From Xanthomonas campestris pv. campestris str. ATCC 33913 (GTDB lineage Bacteria; Pseudomonadota; Gammaproteobacteria; Xanthomonadales; Xanthomonadaceae): a stretch of 32,000 bases of DNA. The position numbers and the translations under genes were made by a program. The notes under the pieces were generated by a model, which saw only the letters and a list, made by a program, of their open reading frames with translations, was not told the origin of the DNA and did no database searches. The stretch covers positions 250,325 through 282,324 of the forward strand of contig NC_003902.1 in assembly GCF_000007145.1 (NCBI RefSeq), read 5' to 3'. Positions within the stretch are counted from its first letter, which is position 1. Each line of letters starts with the position of its first letter. Below are positions 18,119 to 25,175 of this stretch, piece by piece.

Positions 18119-19281
18119 TGAGTGAGGCAGGCATGGAAAGCGTGTCGAAGTTCATCGCTGAGCTCCCCTACAACGATCTCCCGCTGCTTCCACCAGCGGG
18201 AGATATCGAGACGCGGAGCCTGCTCAAGGCTTGCATCAATGCGCGAACTGCGTTGGCGGAGCTAAAACAGGCAACAGCGTTGCTGCCAAATCCTACGGTG
18301 CTGATCAATACAATTCCGATGCTTGAGGCTCAGGCCAGTTCTGAGATCGAGAACATCGTGACGACGACGGACGAACTTTTCCGATACGCCGAAGATCAGG
18401 GCAAGGCACAAAAGCCTGCTACCAAGGAAGCGTTGCGTTACCGCAGTGCGCTCTACGAAGGATTTCAGTCGCTAAAGCAGCGGCCTTTGTGTACAGACAC
18501 CTCAGTTGTCGTCTGCAGCCGTATCAAGGCGGTGCAAATGCAGATCCGTCGCGTGCCCGGAACTGCTCTGGCCAACGACCAAACTCAGCAGATCATCTAC
18601 ACACCGCCGGTTGGCGAAACGCTGCTGCGCGACAAACTGGCCAACTGGGAACGCTTCATCCATGAAAACACCGACATCGATCCATTGATTCGCATGGCTG
18701 TCGCGCACTATCAATTCGAAGCGATCCACCCGTTCACGGATGGCAATGGCCGCACCGGGCGGGTACTGAACTTGCTGATGCTCATCGAGCAGGGCTTGCT
18801 TGATCTGCCAGTGCTCTATCTGTCCCGTTACATCATCCGCAACCGCAGCGACTACTATCGCCTGCTACTGGATGTGACGCGGCATGGGCATTGGGCCGAA
18901 TGGATTCACTACATGCTGGCTGCCGTTGCCGAAACCGCTGCATGGACGACAGCGAAGATCCAGGCGATTCGAGGACTGGAGGCGCAGGCCCGCGACCACA
19001 TTCGTGACCACGCTCCCAAGGCATATAGCCGGGAGTTGGTGGACGTGATTTTCAACCAGCCTTACTGCCGTATTCAGAATGTCGTCGACATGGTGGGGGT
19101 CACGCGCCAGACCGCCGCACGGCATCTCAAAGAGCTTGCGGATATTGGTGTGCTGCACGACCAGCGCCAGGGCAAGGAGAAGCTATTTCTACACCCGGCG
19201 TTTCTGCGCTTGCTGACAAATGACGACAACCAGTTACCCGCCTACCGCGTGCCTGCGCGGAACGTGGAACCGAACACATGA
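18118..19281 (+). CDS. fic: Fic family protein, class II (N-terminal inhibitory helix), with a C-terminal winged-helix DNA-binding domain
   Basis: The Fic active-site motif HPFTDGNGRTGR is at 18727-18762. The inhibitory motif SxxxEN (SSEIEN) is at 18337-18354. A C-terminal HTH-like segment reads VVDMVGVTRQTAARHLKELADIGVL. ATG 18133 is an alternative start, with GAGG 5 nt upstream. Confidence 0.9.
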   Translation: MSEAGMESVSKFIAELPYNDLPLLPPAGDIETRSLLKACINARTALAELKQATALLPNPTVLINTIPMLEAQASSEIENIVTTTDELFRYAEDQGKAQKPATKEALRYRSALYEGFQSLKQRPLCTDTSVVVCSRIKAVQMQIRRVPGTALANDQTQQIIYTPPVGETLLRDKLANWERFIHENTDIDPLIRMAVAHYQFEAIHPFTDGNGRTGRVLNLLMLIEQGLLDLPVLYLSRYIIRNRSDYYRLLLDVTRHGHWAEWIHYMLAAVAETAAWTTAKIQAIRGLEAQARDHIRDHAPKAYSRELVDVIFNQPYCRIQNVVDMVGVTRQTAARHLKELADIGVLHDQRQGKEKLFLHPAFLRLLTNDDNQLPAYRVPARNVEPNT

Positions 19282-20909
19282 CCAACAAATACGATCATCT
19301 CGACCGTCAAACCTTGATCGGTCTACTGCAGCGGCGCGATGCCGAGCGGCAGCTGGGTTTGGTATGGGAGCGCGACGAGATCGAGGCCGACCAGGCACTC
19401 AACGACGATTTTGTCGCGTTGTCATTGGACGCTGGTTTAAGCCATGGTGAGGCACCGTGGGACAACCTGATCATCGAAGGCGACAACTACGACGCGCTGC
19501 GTGCGCTGCGGATGACTCACAAAGGCGCGATCCGCTGCATTTATATCGACCCGCCTTACAACACCGGTAATAAGGACTTCGTCTACAACGACCGTTTCGT
19601 CGACAAGACTCACCGGTTCCGTCATTCGCTGTGGCTGGAGTTCATGTATCGGCGCCTGCAGCTGGCTAAAGAGTTGTTGGCTGATGATGGAGTTATTTTT
19701 GTCAGTATTGATGACAATGAGGTGTTTCGACTTGGAATGTTGATGGACCGTGTATTTGGAGAGAATAATTTTATTGCCAATGTTATTTGGCAAAAAGTCT
19801 TTTCCCCAAAAGGGACAGCACAACATTTCTCTGACGATCACGAGTATGTGATTATTTACGGGCGTGACAAAAATAAATGGCGACCTAACTTGCTTGCAAG
19901 AACGGCTGCTCAAGATCGCGCCTATAAAAATCCTGATGATGATCCCCGCGGCCTTTGGACTTCGGGAGATCTTTCAGCTAGAAATTACTATTCCAAGGGA
20001 GTCTATTCGATTGTCGGCCCAACTGGCCGAGTCATCGCAGGCCCGCCTGCAGGAACGTATTGGCGTTTCTCCGAAGAAAGATTTAAAGAGCTGGATGCGG
20101 ACAATCGTATTTGGTGGGGCAAAAGTGGCGATAATATGCCTCGACTCAAGCGGTTTCTAGCAGATGTCCAGCAAGGCACGGTTCCACAAACACTTTGGAC
20201 TTACGGCGAAGTCGGTCACACGCAAGATGCAAAGAAGCAGCTACTTGAAGTCCTCAATTTTAATTCTACAAATGATGTTTTCTCTACCCCTAAGCCCATC
20301 CAATTGATGGAGCGAATACTAAGCATCGCCAGCAAGCCGGGTGACACTGTCCTTGATTTCTTTGCAGGCTCGGGAACGTTTGCTCAGGCAGTTGCCAAAC
20401 TAAATGCTGAAGATGGCGGCAATCGTAAGTTCATCCTGGTCAGCAGCACCGAAGCCACCGAGGATACGCCTGACAAGAACCTCTGCCGCGATGTTTGCGC
20501 CGAGCGCGTGCGTCGTGTGTTGGGTGGCTACACCAATGCCAAGGGGCAACCGGTTGAGGGCCTGGGTGGCGGCTTCGCCTACTTGCGTACCCGTCGTATT
20601 CCGAAGCATCGGTTGGCGCTCAAGCTGGACCACGCGGAGGTTTGGCATGCGCTGCAGCTATTGCATCAGCGGCCGTTGTCGTTCTGGCCTGGCGGCGGTT
20701 TTGCCAGTGATGGCGAACTGGCCTATCTGGCGGATTTCCAGGCCGCACATGTAGAACAGTTACGTGAGTGGCTGCGGACCCGCACATCGGCAGTCGCTGC
20801 CGTCTATACCTGGTCGACGGAACGGCTGAACGGATTGCTGGGAGAGCCAGCGGCCGACTTGTCTTTGTTGCCCTTGCCGCACCACCTGCGCGAACGCTTC
20901 GGACGTTGA
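19278..20909 (+). CDS. mod: Beta-class N6-adenine/N4-cytosine DNA methyltransferase, Type III Mod-like (543 aa)
   Basis: NLIIEGDNYDALRAL, then IYIDPPYNTG (motif IV, 19548-19559), precede VLDFFAGSGTFAQA (motif I, ~20355-20378). That IV-TRD-I order is the Type III Mod arrangement. The start overlaps the fic stop (ATGA). Confidence 0.88.
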   Translation: MTNKYDHLDRQTLIGLLQRRDAERQLGLVWERDEIEADQALNDDFVALSLDAGLSHGEAPWDNLIIEGDNYDALRALRMTHKGAIRCIYIDPPYNTGNKDFVYNDRFVDKTHRFRHSLWLEFMYRRLQLAKELLADDGVIFVSIDDNEVFRLGMLMDRVFGENNFIANVIWQKVFSPKGTAQHFSDDHEYVIIYGRDKNKWRPNLLARTAAQDRAYKNPDDDPRGLWTSGDLSARNYYSKGVYSIVGPTGRVIAGPPAGTYWRFSEERFKELDADNRIWWGKSGDNMPRLKRFLADVQQGTVPQTLWTYGEVGHTQDAKKQLLEVLNFNSTNDVFSTPKPIQLMERILSIASKPGDTVLDFFAGSGTFAQAVAKLNAEDGGNRKFILVSSTEATEDTPDKNLCRDVCAERVRRVLGGYTNAKGQPVEGLGGGFAYLRTRRIPKHRLALKLDHAEVWHALQLLHQRPLSFWPGGGFASDGELAYLADFQAAHVEQLREWLRTRTSAVAAVYTWSTERLNGLLGEPAADLSLLPLPHHLRERFGR

Positions 20910-20910
20910 T

Positions 20911-23412
20911 ATGCCCATGCCACTGAAAGAGTTCCAAACCGTCATCTGCGACGGGATCGTCGCCCAGTTCGGTGAGGTGCGCGCGCTATACCGACAGATC
21001 GCCGCCGCAGCACCGGAACGCATTGACGAGGCGCGTCGCAAGGACGCTGCCATCGTATTGCAGGCACCGACTGGCGCTGGCAAGACGCGCATGGCGATCG
21101 AGGTGATGCGCCGCGTGTCGATCGAGGAACGGGTGTTGTGGTTCTGGTTCGCGCCCTTCACCGGGCTGGTCGAGCAATCGCGCAAGGTCTTGAGCAATCA
21201 AGCGCCAGAGCTGGCGCTGCTGGATCTGGATGCGGACCGGCAGCTGGACGCCGTGCGCGGCGGCGGCGTGTTCGTGGTCACCTGGGCGTCGTTGGCGGCA
21301 CGCAAGGCCGAGAGCCGGCGCGCGCGCCAGCGCGGCGATGCCGGCATGGCAATCGATGACGTGATCGCAATGGCGCGCGAGCAAGGCCTGCGTATCGGCT
21401 GCGTAGTGGACGAGGCGCATCACGGATTTCAGCGTGAGACTCTGGCACGGGCGTTCTTCTGCGATGTGCTGAAGCCCGATTACGCACTCCTGATGACCGC
21501 CACGCCACGCGACGCTGACATGAAGGCCTTCGAACGCACGACTGGCTATTCCGTCGGAGAGCCTGCGGAATGGGCTTCGGTCAGCCGTGCCGACGCAGTC
21601 GATGCGGGCCTGCTCAAGCGCGGCGTGCGGATGGTGCGTTTTATCGCCCGCGATGGCGATACCGCGCAGTTGGTGGATTTCGAACATCTCGCATTGCGCG
21701 AGTGCACACAGATGCATCGGACCATTCGCAAGAACTTGGCAGATGCGGATATCGCACTGACGCCATTGATGCTGGTGCAGGTGCCGGATGGCAAGGTTGC
21801 GCAGGAGGCGGCACGGACGTATCTGGTGGAGCAGCTGGGATTCGATGCGACCGCCGTTCGTGTACATACCGCTGCCGAACCTGATCCGGATCTACTGTCG
21901 TTGGCGCAGGATCCAACGGTGGAAGTGCTGATCTTCAAGATGGCCGTGGCGCTGGGGTTCGATGCGCCACGTGCATTCACCCTGGCAGCATTGCGCGGCG
22001 CGCGCGACCCGAGCTTCGGGGTGCAAGTGATCGGCCGCATCATGCGCCGCCACGCCCTTCTACAGGCGCAGGCGGTTGTACCGCCTGTTCTGGATCACGG
22101 ATATGTATTTCTTGCTAATTCTGAGTCACAAGAAGGTTTGCTGCTAGCCGGCGCCCAGATCAACACACTCACCACGCAAGCACCCGAGCTGGGGACGCAG
22201 ACGGTTGTCACCATGATCGGCGATGGTGCCTCGCTGCAGGTCGTGCGCAGCGGAGAGCCTCTGAGCCTGCTGGTATCGCGCGCAGGGGTGCACGTGTTGG
22301 ACGCCGAAGCAGAGAGAGATGCTGTCTCCTCGGCGGGCACTACGAGTGATGTGGCTGATGCGCTGGTGGGGACCCCGTTCGCTGGGATGGCGAATGCGAC
22401 CCAAGCCGCGCTGGAAATGTTCGGGGGCGAGGGTGCTTGGCCTGCTCGGGCCACAAGTGTCGCTGGTGCATTTGTGTTGGCTCAAGAGAGCATGTATCGG
22501 TATCCGCGTCGTCCCGATGCTCCGGATCGCTTGCGTGGAGAACAGTTACCGCCGGTGTCAGCTGATTTCGAGGCAGGCCTGGCTGCGCATGTCGATTTCT
22601 CACCAGAAGTGCTGGCCGATCGCCTACGTGGCAAGGTGCAGGTCCAGCGCTTGGACACAGACCTGTTTGCTGGTCATCGGGTCACAGAAGATGGAAGCGA
22701 CCTTTGGGCCAATCTTTCGCCGGAAGCTGTCGCCGAAAAAGCCGAACAGATCCGATTGCGGCTCGTAGAAGCCAACGACCGCGAGCTATACCGCAGACTA
22801 TTGGAGCGTTTCGTTCGTGCGATCGAAGCGTCAGGCGCAGAAGTGCCTGAAGACGAAGAGCTGCAAATGCGCCAGTTGGACCTCTTGCTGGTTAGACGCC
22901 CTCGGCTGCTGCGAGAGGCATTCAAAAGCCTGCGTCAGGGCCAAGTGCTCGATGTCGATGTGCTACTACCGGCCGAGTTGTTCAGCGATCAACCGCTGCG
23001 CTCAGCCAATCGCGGGCTTTATGGCGTCTTTCCAGCTGGTTTGAACCAGGATGAGCTAGCCATTGCGGAGCGCCTGGATGCGAGTGCCCAAGTGCGCTGG
23101 TGGCATCGCAATCAACCCAAATCAGGCATCGGTCTCTATCGCTGGGATGAGGGAGACGGCTTCTACCCTGATTTCGTGGTGTCTGTCGCAGAACGTTCCG
23201 CTCCAGGTATTGCGCTGCTGGAGTTGAAGGGCGAGCACTTGTGGGGCAAGCCCAGTGAAGTGGACAAGAGTGCGGCAATCCATCCCGATTACGGTGCTGT
23301 TTTCACGGTCGGCCGTAAGCGCGGCGAGCGTGATTTCTTCTATCTACGCGAGTTGGGTGGACGCCTACAACGCGCGGGTTCCTTTGATTTGGATCGGATG
23401 CGATTTACATGA
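20911..23412 (+). CDS. res: SF2 DEAH helicase with a C-terminal PD-(D/E)xK nuclease, Type III restriction Res-like (833 aa)
   Basis: Helicase motifs: LQAPTGAGKT (motif I, ~21064-21087), VVDEAHH (motif II), LLMTATP (motif III) and QVIGRIMRR (motif VI). The C-terminal nuclease motif is YPDFVV...LLELKG (23167-23229). The gene starts 1 nt after the mod stop, and its stop overlaps the oleB ATG. Confidence 0.85.
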   Translation: MPMPLKEFQTVICDGIVAQFGEVRALYRQIAAAAPERIDEARRKDAAIVLQAPTGAGKTRMAIEVMRRVSIEERVLWFWFAPFTGLVEQSRKVLSNQAPELALLDLDADRQLDAVRGGGVFVVTWASLAARKAESRRARQRGDAGMAIDDVIAMAREQGLRIGCVVDEAHHGFQRETLARAFFCDVLKPDYALLMTATPRDADMKAFERTTGYSVGEPAEWASVSRADAVDAGLLKRGVRMVRFIARDGDTAQLVDFEHLALRECTQMHRTIRKNLADADIALTPLMLVQVPDGKVAQEAARTYLVEQLGFDATAVRVHTAAEPDPDLLSLAQDPTVEVLIFKMAVALGFDAPRAFTLAALRGARDPSFGVQVIGRIMRRHALLQAQAVVPPVLDHGYVFLANSESQEGLLLAGAQINTLTTQAPELGTQTVVTMIGDGASLQVVRSGEPLSLLVSRAGVHVLDAEAERDAVSSAGTTSDVADALVGTPFAGMANATQAALEMFGGEGAWPARATSVAGAFVLAQESMYRYPRRPDAPDRLRGEQLPPVSADFEAGLAAHVDFSPEVLADRLRGKVQVQRLDTDLFAGHRVTEDGSDLWANLSPEAVAEKAEQIRLRLVEANDRELYRRLLERFVRAIEASGAEVPEDEELQMRQLDLLLVRRPRLLREAFKSLRQGQVLDVDVLLPAELFSDQPLRSANRGLYGVFPAGLNQDELAIAERLDASAQVRWWHRNQPKSGIGLYRWDEGDGFYPDFVVSVAERSAPGIALLELKGEHLWGKPSEVDKSAAIHPDYGAVFTVGRKRGERDFFYLRELGGRLQRAGSFDLDRMRFT

Positions 23413-24311
23413 CCTACCCCGGCTATTCCTTCACCCCCAAGCGCCTGGATGTGCGCCCCGGCATTGCGATGTCGTATCTGGACGAAGGTCCGAGCGATGG
23501 CGAGGTGGTGGTCATGCTGCACGGCAATCCGTCGTGGGGCTATCTGTGGCGGCATCTGGTGAGCGGTCTGTCTGATCGCTACCGCTGCATCGTGCCCGAC
23601 CACATCGGCATGGGCCTGTCCGACAAGCCCGACGACGCGCCCGATGCGCAGCCGCGTTACGACTACACGTTGCAATCGCGCGTGGACGATCTGGACCGCC
23701 TGCTGCAGCACCTGGGCATCACCGGGCCGATCACGCTGGCGGTGCACGATTGGGGCGGCATGATCGGTTTTGGCTGGGCGCTTTCGCACCACGCGCAGGT
23801 CAAGCGCCTGGTGATCACCAACACCGCCGCATTCCCGCTACCGCCGGAAAAGCCGATGCCATGGCAGATCGCGATGGGCCGGCATTGGCGGTTGGGCGAG
23901 TGGTTCATCCGCACCTTCAATGCGTTCTCCTCCGGCGCCTCGTGGCTGGGCGTGTCGCGGCGGATGCCGGCGGCTGTGCGCCGTGCCTATGTCGCCCCGT
24001 ACGACAACTGGAAGAACCGCATTTCCACGATCCGCTTCATGCAGGACATCCCGCTGTCGCCGGCCGATCAGGCCTGGTCGCTGCTGGAGCGCTCGGCGCA
24101 AGCGTTGCCGTCGTTTGCCGACCGCCCGGCCTTCATCGCCTGGGGCCTGCGCGACATCTGTTTCGACAAGCACTTTCTGGCCGGTTTCCGCCGCGCGCTG
24201 CCGCAGGCCGAGGTGATGGCGTTCGACGATGCCAACCACTACGTGCTCGAAGACAAGCACGAGGTGCTGGTGCCGGCAATCCGCGCGTTCCTGGAGCGCA
24301 ACCCGCTGTAG
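23409..24311 (+). CDS. oleB: OleB: alpha/beta-hydrolase (haloalkane-dehalogenase-like) beta-lactone decarboxylase
   Basis: MLHGNPSWGYLWR and the Asp nucleophile elbow AVHDWGG are present, with a C-terminal ANHYVLEDK. It lies within the ole cluster. Confidence 0.85.
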   Translation: MTYPGYSFTPKRLDVRPGIAMSYLDEGPSDGEVVVMLHGNPSWGYLWRHLVSGLSDRYRCIVPDHIGMGLSDKPDDAPDAQPRYDYTLQSRVDDLDRLLQHLGITGPITLAVHDWGGMIGFGWALSHHAQVKRLVITNTAAFPLPPEKPMPWQIAMGRHWRLGEWFIRTFNAFSSGASWLGVSRRMPAAVRRAYVAPYDNWKNRISTIRFMQDIPLSPADQAWSLLERSAQALPSFADRPAFIAWGLRDICFDKHFLAGFRRALPQAEVMAFDDANHYVLEDKHEVLVPAIRAFLERNPL

Positions 24312-24437
24312 GACAAGTTTCGCATCCGTGCGTGCGCGCGCCGTGTGCGAAGTGGATGCACCGGGTAATGCGTGCATCGCGCAGGTCCGGATTGGATCGC
24401 ACTGCGGCTGCGCCGTATGCGCTGCTGTGGCCAGGCC

Positions 24438-24821
24438 TTACAGCGTAGGCAGCGGGTTGCGTTGCGCGTCGTCCACGCCAACCCAGTCGGCTTCAGTGAG
24501 CGCGTGCAGGCCATGTGCCAGCCGCGACTTGTCGCATTGCGTGCTGCGCTCGCCGAACTCCAGCGATGCCGGCACCGCGGCACACGATGACGGGCGGCGG
24601 TCGTGGATGCTGCAACGGCTGTAGCGGCCGATGTCTGCGTCCAGCGCAATGCAGCGTGGCTGCGCTTGCGAGGTGCCACGCATCACCCGTTCGTGCGTAC
24701 GCAGTGCATCCGTCAACGCAATCGGTACCCTGCCGCCCAGCGCGGGATCGGCTTCGCTCCAGTGGAAACTGACGCGGAAGTAGGCGCAGCAGGCGCCGCA
24801 GGTAAGGCAGGGGTGTGCCAT
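24438..24821 (-). CDS. YkgJ/UPF0153-family CxxCxxCC cysteine-cluster (Zn/Fe-binding) protein
   Basis: The protein begins MAHPCLTCGACCAYFRVSF and has further Cys residues (RCIALD, SRCSIHDRRPSSC). The likely start, ATG 24821, lies inside ORF 24438..24899. It is antisense to the ole genes. Confidence 0.7.
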   Translation of the reverse strand: MAHPCLTCGACCAYFRVSFHWSEADPALGGRVPIALTDALRTHERVMRGTSQAQPRCIALDADIGRYSRCSIHDRRPSSCAAVPASLEFGERSTQCDKSRLAHGLHALTEADWVGVDDAQRNPLPTL

Positions 24822-25175
24822 GGATGCCGGGCCTTGCGCGGCGAAATAGCGTGGAGAGCGCGGCATTCTGACCGAATCACGGCGCGATACAAGGGGCACG
24901 CGTGCAGGCGGGTTAGCGGTTCATGCGGTGGCGGTTGCTGGTGGCCGGCGGATCACCGGACTTGCCAGAAAACGCGCGGTGGTGCGCCGCGTTTGCTGGC
25001 GATAGCGCGCGCTGTTCCAGTCGATATTTCCAGCGTGTTGACGCATCTGCAGCTGTGCATGCAGGCACGCTGCGAGCGGCCTGTCTGCAGCATTGCGAGC
25101 CAGCCAATGCATGCGACCGAACGTTGCAAGCGCAAGCGACCGGTGCCATAGGCACGCATGGGTGATAATGGACGC

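Larger units (their letters stand above)
18046..23408 (+). other. Foreign insertion (genomic islet) carrying a fic-mod-res operon, located between oleA and oleB
   Basis: There is an abrupt composition change: an AT-rich leader at 18061-18117, fic at ~58% GC (one line) and the mod core at ~33-37% GC (two lines), against ~73% in an oleA line. The motif ATGAC occurs at both edges (18056-18060 and 23409-23413). No integrase or transposase is present. Confidence 0.7.

Noticed and set aside
19437-19913. A 158-aa ORF antisense to the AT-rich part of mod (a possible hidden small gene in the islet)
   Set aside because: It lies fully inside and antisense to the Mod region carrying conserved methyltransferase motifs. 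The translated sequence shows no recognisable domain or motif.
19278-20909. A phase-variable simple-sequence repeat in mod (a phasevarion)
   Set aside because: I read through the gene and its 5' region and found no homopolymer or short tandem repeat tract long enough to mediate slipped-strand switching.
18046-23413. Calling the islet a transposon, integron cassette or prophage remnant
   Set aside because: I could not see a transposase, integrase, terminal inverted repeats, attC-like site or phage genes. Only a 5-bp flank identity is visible, so the mobility mechanism is left open.
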